Shown one piece after another: positions 37,996 to 50,819 of a stretch of 64,000 nucleotides of DNA (positions are counted from its first letter, which is position 1; every line of letters begins with the position of its first letter). Both the position numbers and the translations under genes were made by a program. The DNA comes from Dicyema japonicum (Eukaryota; Animalia; Dicyemida), in NCBI GenBank assembly GCA_011109175.1, contig RDEW01000027.1:135800-199799 (forward strand). Direction: 5' to 3'. Below the pieces are notes generated by a model, which was given only the letters and a program-made list of their open reading frames with translations, did not search any database and was not told where the DNA came from.

Positions 37996-39661
37996 ATGAA
38001 ATCCGATGTTTTCAACATTAATAATCGCCAGGGCTGGTCTACAAACAGCAATTGCTATAAAATAGAAGAAATAATAGGCATTTTTAATATATAACAACAG
38101 GAAATGGAGCTACTGCTGTAGTAAACAAGGGCAAATGTGAGTTCAATAACGCATCTTGTGCTATAAAACGACTTAATCTGTCCGTTCACCACATCTCCGT
38201 CGAAAAACTACATGTAACTGAATTGTGGTAATAATTCAGAAAGAAATAGAATCCATGCTAAACTGCAACCACGAGAATTTGATAAGGTATTATACATCAT
38301 TCGTTGTTGCCCACGAATTATGGGTTGTCATGCAGTTGTGTGATAGAGGTGTGGTCTACTGCTAACGGTTAAGGATCTCTTCTTGACCACATAAAGATGA
38401 GGGTAAAGTCCGAGAAGTACGCTCAGTCGGGCATAATTGACGAAGTGACGATAGCCACTATTTTAAGAGAAGTACTCAAGGGGGTTGAGTACCTTCACAA
38501 CTCCCACGAGATTCACAGAGACATCAAGGCAGCCAATATCCTTCTGGGATCGGACGGATCTGTCATTTTGGCTGGTTATTCCGTATCCTTATTCAAGATT
38601 TTGGAGTGACTGCTATTTTGCAGAACAGCTTCGAAGAAAGGGGGCAAAACAGACATACTTTTGTTGGTACTCCATGTTGGATGGCTCCGGAGGTCATGCA
38701 GCAGGTAGTGAACTTGGTGATCACAGCAGACCGATGGATATAACGAGAAGGTGGATATCTGGAGTTTGGGGATAACTTCAATTGAAATGGCCACTGGGAT
38801 GGCTCCTTATCATAAATTCCCGCCTCTTAAAGTCCTTATGCTAACCATACGAAACGATCCCCCAACCTTGGAGACATGTGTGGACTGTCCTGACCGTTTG
38901 AAAATATACACGAAGGTCTTTAGGCGTTTTATTTTGGAATGCCTTCAAAAAGATCACCAAAAGAGGTACAAATATTATTCACTTAAAGATCCTCTGCTAA
39001 GACCTTGTTGAAGCATGAACTGATTAAGAAAGCTAAGGAAAGCATAAATTATATATTTCTAGGACAAGGGCCACATTATCAGAGTCTTTGCACTCGATTC
39101 TCCGTTCATTATGTCCATAAAAGTACTGTTAACCGTTATTTTAGTCGACTGATGATAATAACAACTCAATACCAACTGAGAACTATTGGGCCTTCTCGGA
39201 TACATCGGATGTGGTGCAACCAACTCTTTATGCCATGCCAACTCCCACAAACGTTCCCACGTTGATTAATTTTGTGCTGAGGATTCGGTCAGTTTATTTG
39301 GCTGTATTATAGAACTGAAGACCCAGAGTTGAGGGACATCAAATTTGACTTTCGCACGGAAAAGGGTTCTGAGTTGTTTGGTAACACCAGATACGTCTGA
39401 TAGTATTGCCAGGGAGCTGGTTGAGTCCAGACTCATAGAGAGTAGGGATATGGTTGTAGGTAGTTGTTGGTTAGCAGCTTAGTTGCCGCTAACTTGGAGA
39501 AGTCGATAGAGTCCCCCATATCTGGTCATCAATTCATATTTCCTCTTGTAATTGTTGTTATAAGATAGAACTCGTTCGCGGCGGAATCAGGGAAGAGTCA
39601 AATCCCCAGTGAAATCAACCTTGTTGGCTTTGCTCAACTTCGTATTACTTCAGTTCAGTGA
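37996..39661 (+). CDS. OXSR1: STE20-family kinase OSR1/SPAK (Fray) with C-terminal CCT domain; 13 exons
   Basis: [51 protein letters not shown] and C-terminal INFVLRIR...DIKFDF...GFAQLRI. Twelve introns of 21-26 nt, including GC-AG (38078-38100) and GA-AG (39038-39062). Confidence 0.92.
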
Positions 39662-40199
39662 TCTACCATAACATTTGTTAAATTTATTATTCACGTAATC
39701 ATTTTTAATTTGTTTAATTTAAATTTTATTTATAATACTTTAAGTTATCAAAAATTATTTTTTTCCTTACAACGTTTTATGAAACCGGATCTGTCAGTCG
39801 TGGATTCGAAACAGAAAGGTGGACTTATCAGCGATGGTCAATTATATTCAAATAGAACCCAGCCGTGAGGCGAAGAATCTCTCTGGCATGATACTGTTTT
39901 TGAAAGGGATATTCGTACTTTTTCCATTGTCAACTTTATTGGTGAAGATTACCATTATGAAAACTCTTTCACCTAAGAATAAAGTGATGTCCACGACGGT
40001 AGGACGTGTGATGAATATGGAAGATGGCTGATCTACTTCTCAAGCTCTCTTCGGAAGCGGAAACCTGTAATGGACTGATGATCGATTTGTCGATAAAAAC
40101 AGAGGTTCCTCAGGTGGATTAATTAATTGTGACTGTTCGCTCTGCAACCTCAGTTTCGGACTATTATACGATAAATTCTCTAAGAGCAAAAGTAGTCCG

Positions 40200-41110
40200 T
40201 TTAACTAATTTGCTTCTTCAATAATTCCCTCCCACTACTCAACCACTCGTCATTCTAGAACAATGAGTCCGGTTTCCTCACTCTCTGTGGCTACGAATCT
40301 GTTTCTTTTGATCACCACGTAGAAAACGCGTAAATTCAGGAAAATACCCACGTCTCCAAATTCTGCTGAAAAAGAAGCGTCGTGGATAAAAAAAGTGTTT
40401 GCAATATTGAAGAACACTCCAACAACGTCTCAAAGCCTGTTAAGGTATATCGGGATCGCTTAATTAGATGGTTTAACTCCTTCTTTCTTGATGTTCCATT
40501 TTTCGTGGGTAAATAATAATAAGATGGCATGTTGGTGTTGTCACTCGCGTATGATTGCTTTTGGTTCGATTTCCATTCCGCTAGCTACTAGATCGAAGAA
40601 TTCTTTTCTGTTTTTTGCCTTCGTCATTTATTATGAGGCGTCGTGGGATCCACTTGATTCTGAAAATGCCCTCTGCCAGGCCAGCACAAAAAAAAAGATA
40701 CCTATTTCTTCTACTCCAATGGAGGGCTTAACACAATGGTGAATATGGATGTACCTTCACTCAAGGGCCTCGAAAGTTTCCCTTGTCATAACGTCAGTTA
40801 TTCGATAAGTAGATCTGGTAGCTCTTGATTGAACGATATCAAGTTTTTCAAAGTTTATTCTTGTTAGTTTTGTTCCCCAAACGGGGGTTGGCTCAATTTA
40901 CTTGATTTTAAGAGGTCCTACTGTTGAAAAATTCTTATTGACAAGAGTAATAATTCCTCTTCCGTGGTCATACTGTCGATCCTTTCTGAAGATAGCATTA
41001 CCCTGAAATGTCGCCGTGGAAAAAGGGGGTGTTATGTAGTCCTGTAAGAGGCATACATCAATGTTGTGTTTCTTTAGAAGATTTCTGAGTTCAAATACGG
41101 GTATCACACA
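40200..41110 (-). mobile_element. Decayed LINE endonuclease region
   Basis: LLKKHNIDVCLLQD...FRKDR..GRGIITLV. Confidence 0.6.
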
Positions 41111-41956
41111 AATTGTCTACATCGCCTCATGATAGATGAAACCTTTCGGTCCCCTTAACTCGTATGCATAACAAGGAAGATTGGAAACAAGAAGATCGTA
41201 ATCTAAAGAAGAAGCGTAAACACAAAGTACCAGGTTGAATTCAGTTGATGAAATACTTTTAAATTTATACATTTTTGTCAAACTTAGTTATGCTGTAAAT
41301 TTAGTTTAATTTATAAGTGATATTGAGCACTTCTAAGGGAGTTGTTGATCACGGATATGCAAGGAAAATCAAAATCGTTGTTTGATTTTTCTATTAAGTA
41401 TTTTTGAAATAATCTGTTTTCTTTCAATTTAAGGCCTTTTTGGTTGTTTGCGGATAAATTTGTGATTTTTGTTTTCCTAAGTTAAGATATTCTTGATAAA
41501 AGTCTTTATTGATAGAATTACTGTAGTGTGGGAGAATTATTGACTACCAAGTAATTCTCTTCTTCCTCTCAAGGCCTATTTGTCTAGATGTCTGTAATTT
41601 GGCTTGAAGAGAGTTGAACCCAGGCGTTGCTGATCGAGTTGAAAACTTATTCGATATCTCACGATTCCAGTATTCTAGTAGAAAGAAGAAGGGAACAGAG
41701 CGTGTGTTCGGCGAGAATGGCTGATCTGAGATCCTGTTTGGTGTTCTTGTGTTTTTGGAAGAGTTATTTATGACTATTAGAGGGCTTGTCTGAGACACAG
41801 TAAATTTCTCCTTGCATAAGGAGGTTACCTTGTCAGCCAGAGTGGATGTTTGACGATAAGGAGGTTAACCTGTCAGCCATTTAAACTCATCAAAACTGAC
41901 AGATCGCCCATTGAGTATTTTCTAGGGCATGATCCAGAAGGTACATAAATATTCAC

Positions 41957-43575
41957 TAAGGACAATTTTCATTTTGTCTTGCTGACAGATATCCCGATAA
42001 TCTCAATTATTTAGTCATTTCCAAGAAGTTTTCTTATTTCTTTAAAATTTCTTCATATTTTAGGCCCTTCTTGATTAATGTGATGAGTCAACCACCTCGT
42101 TTCTTAGTACGATCTCGTATTATGTTAAATCCAAGAAAAGATTTAGTGTCATTATACGATAGCTTTGATCCTGGATGAGTATTATATCAATCTTGAATTT
42201 TGAAATAAATGTTCCATAATTTTCCCTTTAATCCCGTTCACGTTCAGTTGAATAACAGAAATCCGATTCTTCAGGTTGCGTCCGAGAAATTGAGACCAGA
42301 AATTCATCGACCGGGAGCGAAATGTACCCCTTCGCGATGCATTAAATGCACCCAGAAGATTTCACTTTTATATTCGTTCCAATCAATGCTGATTTTTATA
42401 TTCAAGATTTTACATTTATACTGTTTCAACCAATTTTGATTTTTCGTTGAAGATTTCATTTTTATATTCGTTTAAATAACTATGCTTGCACAGCCTTCTT
42501 TTTTCGATGTCCTTCAGATATGATCCCTTCACATCAACTACAATTTGGTTCTGACGTCTACCGGTGACGGAAAATCTTCCATAAATACGTTGAATAACAA
42601 GGGGCTTAAAATAGATCCTTGCGACATTTTCCTCTTAAACGATATTCCATCAGAATATCTTTCACCGGCTACCACATAAGATGTCCTCCCAGTCAAATAG
42701 TCATTCAACCATAGGAACATTTGTTTGGATATCTTTGATCGTATAAGTTGACAAAATAAAGCTTCGTGCCAAACACTGTCGAACACCTTCGAGATGCCAA
42801 GGCTAACAAGGCTTAACTGACTTTTTTATATTGATTTTCATTGAAGATTTTACTTTTATATTCGTTTTATATAAATATTGATTTTCATTCAAGTCCATTC
42901 GAACAATGTGGTTTTCCATACTTTCTACTTTTTATGAGGGATTTTTTCTAACTCTGATCTCAACAGCTTCCATATGTGTTCGATTATTTTATGTCGGGTG
43001 ACTTGATATGCTAATTTTCCAGAGGAGTGTTTCCCAACCTTAAAGTACTCACGGAACCATTCCAATTCAATTATTACAATTTTCACTTAAAACATAATCT
43101 TAATAACCAAAAACAAATTTTATGTGAACTTATCATTCAAAATTACCAAATGATCATTGATGTTCTGAAGTAGTGTATAGTCCAATGCGCATTTTGATTC
43201 ATCAAGACATTCCAACAAAGCATGTAATTTTTTTATTTATGGATGTCCGCCAAAATTCGATTTTCCGTTTTATGACCATTACTTTATTATTATTTGCACT
43301 TTTCGCTATGTCATAGGATTTGACAAAGAATGTACAACATGAGTTAGTAAATCACTAGTTAATTTCATCCACTTCCTCATATTCGAAGCCGCAGTGCGTA
43401 ACCAGTCAAGATCCTCTCCACTTTCAAGATACCGTCCTATTTCTTTGGGGTCCTCGTCGAGAACGACTGGCAGTGTCGACCTTCCAACATGAAATAGTCC
43501 TCCATGGCTACGTTCGCGGGGGCATCTAGATACAGTCGCAAAATATGGCCGAAAAGCCTCCATTACTTTATCGTT
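41957..43575. repeat. Left arm of an about 1.6-1.7 kb inverted segmental duplication (mosaic of RTE and Jockey-like fragments and spacers)
   Basis: Reverse complement of 53962-55674 with few substitutions and small indels. Confidence 0.9.
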
Positions 43576-43824
43576 CAAAATAAATTAAATTAAATTATTA
43601 ACCCCGGCTTCGCCAGCAAGTGGGAAGCCGGCGACCATCAGAGAGCGTGCAGTCCGGACAGGCCGCTCCCAGAGATCCTCGACTTTTGCATCCGGTGGTC
43701 CAGGGCAGGGAAAAAGGTCCCGAACTACTCTGCCAGCCAGAAAAGGGTGGTGTCCACATCGTAGGCGAGCCAGTCCGATTCTGATCTTCCTCGGGAGCGA
43801 TTGTTCCGTATCGTTCAAAATAAA
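43569..43824 (-). mobile_element. Short 5'-truncated LINE (about 225 bp) with a 16-bp target-site duplication
   Basis: tatcgttcaaaataaa occurs at 43569-43584 and 43809-43824; the insert encodes GLARLRCGHH and ends in a TAATT-type tail. Confidence 0.85.
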
Positions 43825-44099
43825 AAACAATTTGATATTTTTCTTGTAGCGATAATTTAATTTTTATTCGGATTTATAAATGTTAATTTTATATAAATTA
43901 AGTTAATTAATAAACACAGCCATCCAAAGTGGTACCCGCATACATTATCGACGTTGTTTTGCTTCTTACGATTGCACAGAGATCAACTGGAGAAGCCACC
44001 GTGTCTCACGTGCATTGTGGCTTTTTAGTGTATCTAGGCGTCCAAGTTCCTTTAGGATTTTTCACTTATTTTTCCAGTTGTCTCGTCCTCAATGGTATA

Positions 44100-44420
44100 G
44101 AACGCGAATCGCTCACGTAGCGCTTCGTATTTCTTTTCTTTTGCCCTCATCGTTTTTTTCCGCGGCATGAAGTATGTCTACCGCGCTCCCGACAATGCTG
44201 GATTTGCAAAGGGGGTCGATATAAGTAGCATTCCAGACCAAAGGTTTCCCCCTCTTCGAATGGGAAAATTGTGATTCCGTCAGGACGTTTTCCGTCTCCT
44301 CTTTCCGAGCCAACATGTTCAAGTATGGTGGGGTATCTAGCAGACTACAGGAATCGTTTAACAATTCTGTTGATCGCTTTATGTCTTGGGAATTTTCTCG
44401 CACTTCTTCGACAAGAAAGT
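44100..44420 (-). mobile_element. CRE-like RLE endonuclease fragment
   Basis: RGKPLVWNATYIDPL...AAEK matches the PLVWDVT..DT motif at 58.9 kb. Confidence 0.7.
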
Positions 44421-45259
44421 TAAGCGAGAAGAGGGTCGAAAATAGAAGAAGTCGAAGGATCGGTCCCTTGTTCCCTCAAAAACAAAAAATTTTAGTTTGA
44501 GTCAATAAAGCGATTAGGCGTGTAAAGGATTGAAAAAGACTTTTGTAACACTGAAGTTTCAGCATTATTGTGTGATTGAGGGATAACGGCGATTCATGGT
44601 AAACCAAGACACCCACAATCACAAGGGAAGGTGGAACGCTAAAATTAAACGCTAAAGCGTTGGTTAGCGAAAACTCTATTTCAATCCAAATCTAATAATT
44701 GGATTGAAAACTACTGTTTATAAATATAACATTTCTATTCGTCGTGCTACTGAAAAGTCACCTTTCAGGTTAGATTTAGGAATTTTATTTTTACACTATT
44801 ATTTGTAACTTCGGGATTCAATACTGTTTCTGTGTCTGATATTAAAGTGATCGAATTACCAGCCCAAAGAACTGAACATTTTTCAGATGATGAAAATCAA
44901 TCAAGACAATCTTGATCTTTGCGTGGTGTATCAACTCTAACTTTTTGGAAAGAAACTTTTAGCTAGCATAAAAAACTTTTTAGTTAGCAAAAGAAATGAT
45001 TTCTACTTTTCAATTTTTCCATTTATATTCGCTTTCCATTTTGATGGCTCATTTTTTTCAATGAAAAAAATGAGAAAAATTAGGGTCCAGAGACGGTGAA
45101 ATATAGAAACCGATACACTATCTTCAACAGGGTCCTGGGCCAATTACTCACTGGGTACTTGTCGGCGTCTTTGAATGTATAAGAGCTTCCTAAACTCAGA
45201 CTCTGTTATATCTTCATCGAAAATTTTTGAATAATCGATATTTGTAATTTTTATCACAA

Positions 45260-45480
45260 GGTAGTCCAACCTTACCTATCACGTTAAATGAGGACCTAAA
45301 AGCCATAGGCAGGGAGTTGAAAACAATGGATGACCTCGATGAACTAAGAGATCTTGCGAAACGGAGAATCCTTTGGATGCGATTGGTGCAAAGGATGGCC
45401 GGCGCGGCACAAGAGAACCTTAATTGACTTTTGTTTTTTTTATGTGTTCTCGGCAGTGCTGATAATAATAATAATTACAG
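45260..45480 (+). mobile_element. RTE-like LINE 3' end
   Basis: TLPITLNEDLKAIGRELKTMDDLDELRDLAKRRILW...* followed by a (TAA)n tail. Confidence 0.65.
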
Positions 45481-45949
45481 AAGAAATAATCAACAATGCC
45501 GTAAACGAAACATTGAATGGGGAAAGTGACAAATTCGTTGATAATATTTACAACGAAGGTTTAAAAAACGATAACATGGAAACAATTCTAAGAAAACGCA
45601 AGATTCTCTTGATCAGTTAGAGAAGAAAATTTTTTACATATCTCCTGAAATGCTCAAAGAATTTTACGATTTTTGACTTAATTTTATGAAAAATGTAAGA
45701 AGTAAAAAGATAACTGGGAATAAATTAACTGATTATTTTTCTAAAATTGATTTTTGATGTTTAAAATCTCTGTTTTATTAAACCCCTGTTTTTGGGGCAT
45801 TTGGTGCCCCAATTCGGGGTCAGACTGTATAAATATCTCAATAATATGGCATTACCTAAATATTTTCCGATAAATAATATACATATCTACAGTTCTACTA
45901 CAGTTCTACAGTAAAATTCTACAGAATAAATGGTTAAGAAAACAATCAC

Positions 45950-48900
45950 CAAGAGACCTGTATTAAAATCAGTAAAAAAGCACTAAAGTGAAGATCTCTT
46001 CTCGTCCTCCGGGAAGTACTACTGCTGAATCATTCTCTCCAGATAACAAGACTCCGCATAAGTCTGAATTTGTTAAACCACCGAATGTCATTACAAAATA
46101 CGATCCCAAAGATATATCTAAATATACGGATGAACTAATGGAACCCGATCATTCAGAAAACAAGACTATATTAATTACAGTGAATTCTACTATGAATGCA
46201 ATTAAAATCGCAAATGTTTTACAATACTATGACCAATACGGATCTATGAGAATGAGTCACAGAGGACCGGGCTCTTTCCGACTGGATTTCCTGGATAACT
46301 CTCATGTGACCACCTTTATAGAAGCGGTGAATGAGACCTGCCCCTTTGGTAATGACAATCACCATTTCAAGACAATCTCAACAAAACCTCAGGAACCTCC
46401 CCTTCTGGGTAAAGGAGGACGACCTCTTGGACTACCTTCAGGAGATGGCTCCCTCAGTCACGAAGGTTACCCGAATGTCAAGAGGATCACAGCCTATGGC
46501 AAAGGCCTCAGTTAGTAGTAATGCGGAGGCCACATCGTTGATACGTTGTGGATTTTACATTGGATCAAACAAGATCGAGTGTGAGTGGATGAAGAGGCCC
46601 CCTCCCATCTGCTACAACTGTGAACGCATCGGCCACATCGCGGCACAGTGTAAGGAAAAGAAGAGATGCATCAAGTGTGGAGGGGAGCACGATCTTCTTA
46701 TGTGTGAATATCCATCGAATGTGAAGACCAAATGTATCAATTGTGGAGGTGCAGGACACAATGCCCGCTATAGAGGATGTCCGGCAATGAGAGATGCATC
46801 GAAGAAAATAATTTCCAGACAAACAGTGTCTAGAAAAAAGGAATCAAGCCAATTCAAGAAATGAAGCGGACCAATACTTCACATACTCCAGATTGGCCGA
46901 TGGAGAGGATCGCTAAAAGGAAAAATTTACAGAGAAAATCAGAAGTTTGCGAGATGGTCAAACAGACGGAAGAGATTATGAAAACTGATAGTTCTCACAT
47001 TCGTGATGGATCGGTGGATCTGGGCGCCAAACGTAAACATGAACAGAGCAAAACAGGAATCCCCGAGTCGGTATCTCGGGAGCTGAATGGTATTGTCTCT
47101 CGTCTGAACAATTTATGCAAAATGCTGAAAGTGGATTTTTGGAGTCTGGTGGACCTGGCTGTGGAGAGCGCAGGCCACCAACCAAACCGTTGAAAAGTAA
47201 ATTGAAGTAGTGCTGGTGAATGCCCGCTCCCTGGTGAAAAGGCATGATGAACTAGCGCTACTTGTGAGGATTGCCAAGGTGGATGTCTTGGTAGTCAACG
47301 AGACGAAAATCAAACAAGGAAAGAAATATAGTATGGAAGGATATAACTCGGTGGGCATTCCATGGAAAGATGGAGCAGTGGCTGGAACTGGAACTTCAAT
47401 CTTTTTTCGAAACGGTTTGCAAATACGGAATGATTGCATCGTAATGGCCGATGAGTCGGAATTTGTGTCAGTGGATATTCTATGTGGAGGGAAATGGATA
47501 AGCGTAGGAGGGCTATATTCTAAGGACTTGGCCCGATCTTCTGCGAAAATTTTCCAATTTTTCGAAACTAACCCGATGTCGATTTTGGTAGGAGACCTCA
47601 ACGCTAAGAATACGAGCTATGGATGCTGCAAAAATAATGGGGACGGGCGACTCCTTGCAGATCTGGCTAGCGAAATTGGAGTTGAGGTCTTGACGTCTAA
47701 AGAACCTAACCATTTCCCATACAATGGAGCTGACATGTTGGGATTGGCTCTAGTGTCTCCACAGCTCCTGGATTATGTGGACGGACCCTCGTTGCTTTGG
47801 GACATTGGGAGTGATCATATTCCGCAGGAAATATCTATAAACTTGGAACCAAACATTGCAGAAAATATTTTCCTATACTATGATACTTCGTCGATAGACT
47901 GGGTACATTATCGTCATTATTTGTCCCAGAACTTGCTATCGAAGACTATCACTTGTTCTACACCAAATGAGCTGGACGTTTTCGACAGGGTATTATCCAG
48001 CACTATGCTGACGTATCTTCAATTATATGGAAGGAAGGTTTACTCGAAGAGCTTTCTGAAGAGCGAAGATTCTTGCCCGCCTATAATACGGGATCTTATT
48101 CGCGAGAGGAATACTCTGAAGGCGAAGCACAGACGATGTATTGATATGTGGGACAGGAAAATCTTGAAATACAGAATTGATGTGATCCAAACAATTTTAC
48201 AAGAAGCTTGGAGAGTAAACGCCGAAAATAAATTGAAGAATGCAGCCTCTAAGGTTAACTGGAAAAACCCTTGTTTCTAGAAAATGTACAGGAGGCTATC
48301 GAATGGGAGTTTAAAAGCGAAAAACATTGAGCTAGCCGATCAAAATGGAAGGACAATCCCATTGGAAAAAGTTCCTTCGGTATTCCGAAGTCAACTAGAG
48401 AATATACAGGGTGTCGATCCTATTAGTGTTATAAATGAAAAATTTTCAGATGAGTTGCCTAATTTCATGGATTACTCTATGGAAGATCTGGGTAGTTTGG
48501 CAGAAAAAGTCTCAATGGCAGAAGTTAGAACAGCAATTCGTGAATGCAAGAACAAGGCACCCGGATTTGATGGGATTCCTATGATTATGTTCAAAGAAGG
48601 TTCTGATGAACTATTGTCTGTTCTACGTGAGATGTACGACTCGAGTTTCAGGCTCGGACACGTGCCTCCTTTATGGAAACGATCTATTCGTTAAGATGAT
48701 CCTCAAGCCAGGAAAAGCAAGGAAGGATCCCCTCAGTTATAGGACGATAAGTCTCATATGTTCTACATCAAAGATTATGGAACGTATTGTTTTTAAAAGG
48801 CTGAATCGGTATATAGAGGGGAGCAACTTTCTACGACCTAATCAATTTGGTTTCCGTCCGGGAAGATCATGTGGAGATTGTATCCACTCACTAAACTACG

Positions 48901-49290
48901 AAATTATAAATACACTGGAGAAGAAAAGCCAGTTGAGCCTCATATGTCTCGACATATCAAAGGCATTTGACAGTGTATGGCACGAAGCGTTATTTCGTCA
49001 ACTAGTTCGGTCTAAAATAACCAGAGAAATGTTCCTATGGCTGAAGGACTACCTAACTGGGAGGATATCCCACGTGGTAGTTGGTGGAAGTTATTCGGAT
49101 GGAATATCATTTAAAAAGGAGTGCCACAGGGATCTATTCTTAGCCCTTTGCTATTTAACATATTTATGGAAGATTTTCCGTCTCCGCAGAATGTCAGAAC
49201 CAAGCTAATGATTTACGCGGACGACATTCTAATCCTGGATTTATTTTTGAAGGCATGCTACTCAGAGCGGCGACTAGGTGTTTTTTTAAA
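45950..49290 (+). mobile_element. Near-full-length, 3'-truncated Jockey/I-like LINE: gag-like ORF1 with zinc knuckles, ORF2 with APE and RT; several disabling mutations
   Basis: CYNCERIGHIAAQC, CIKCGGEH..MC and CINCGGAGHNA...CP; VNARSL..NETK..GDLNAK..SDHIP; KAPGFDGI, QFGFRPGRS, DISKAFDSV, PQGSILSP, IYADD. Confidence 0.93.
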
Positions 49291-49372
49291 TGTTTTAAAA
49301 AATAAGTTTATATGTAGAATTAAATGCTAAACCCAAAAAAACAAATTAAACCCAAAAAACAGAATATCGTAA

Positions 49373-50335
49373 TTATTTTTCTATTAAGGGGATTGAGTAG
49401 AAATCTTGTTTTTTAGCCAAATATTTCATTTTGACATAAATTATTACTGAAATTGTTACAATTCCTGAAATAATTAAACCATAAATTAATGGTTTATGAT
49501 TATGGCTAGTAGATCGGGTTTTTGTATTATTCACTTTAGGAATTATACGCAAATTGCTTGGAATCGCAATATTTTTTGCGAAAATCTTATTTCTTTTATT
49601 TTTAAAATGGAGTGAATGTATAATATTTCTAGGTCTGTGATGATTCTTCATGACAAGATGAGACTTTTTTGAGTGTTTAATATATTTAGACATACTTGAT
49701 AGACCACTCTCACAATCACAATCATTAGCTAATTATTTTTAATATGAATTAAACCATTTCCTGTAAAATTCTTGATTGTGTCATTTTTAAAAAATTGAAG
49801 TCTCAAATTCAATATTTTTAATGAGTTTTTGTTTATGGAAATTTTCAGCTCATTACATTTACAATAATCCCCAATTTTATGAGATATTTTAATCAACTTT
49901 CGTAAGATTATGGTAGTATCTAAATTAAACTCAATTATTTACTCCCAGCAAAAATTGAACACGTAAACTGATGTATCTGAACTTCATCTCGAATATGTTT
50001 ATAATGAAAGCTTATATTGACTTGTTTATTTGACAAAAATGCAGCAAAGTGTCCTCGATTTTCAGTAACATACAAATTTGCTTCATAAATTAAGAAATTT
50101 ATAATCTAAATTTAATTCTTTTTTTACTTTGCTATTATCTAAATAATTTAAATTGATTGATCCACTTATAATCGACGTAACATTACCATTATCTAACTCG
50201 ATCCACATAGGAACACCATTGTCATCTAATTGTACTGTTTGCACATACATTTCTTTACTTTGAGTGCTAAAGATCATTAAGTAAATGAAGATAGCTAAGA
50301 TTTGCAATAATAGGGAAACTAGTTAAGTGGTCCAT
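49373..50335 (-). CDS. LAMP-like type I membrane glycoprotein, copy 4 (apparently intact)
   Basis: Open after removing four GT-AG introns (25, 22, 23, 26 nt): signal peptide, PMW...IISGSINLNYLDN, KIGDYCKC...RLQFFKN..NFTGNANDC, basic linker, TM segment LIYGLIISGIVTISVIIYV, tail KKQDFYSIPLIEK*. Confidence 0.75.
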
Positions 50336-50819
50336 TTTCTGTTTAGGAATCTAATTAATTCTTTTAAATTTTATTTTCATGTATTTATATCAACTCGTTG
50401 TTTTTTTCGATCTATAATTATTATATATTTTAATAAAAAAATTTATTTATTACCTTTACCTTCAATTCCCATAAAATTTTTATTTTCGAAATTATAGCTT
50501 TAGCTAATTAAAGCGATCGTCTGATCCGTTACGCCATATCTATAGCCTTAAGCAGGGCTGCAAATCGTAGTCGAGAGGTTTTTTGTATTGTTGGAGTTGG
50601 AGTCAGTAATAAAAAGGTCGACTCCGACTTCTTCTTTTCACAAATTTTGTCAATTAGTATAGAAAAAATTCAAATATTAATTGTATTAGTAGCAAAATTA
50701 AATGTAATTATAAAATATTTAAAAATGGTATAAATTTTAATAAAATATAGTTTTTGTTCTAGTGGTGGTGTATGTTTGTTTTCACCAGTTTGCAAACAAA
50801 TCCTGAGGGCCGTCTTACA

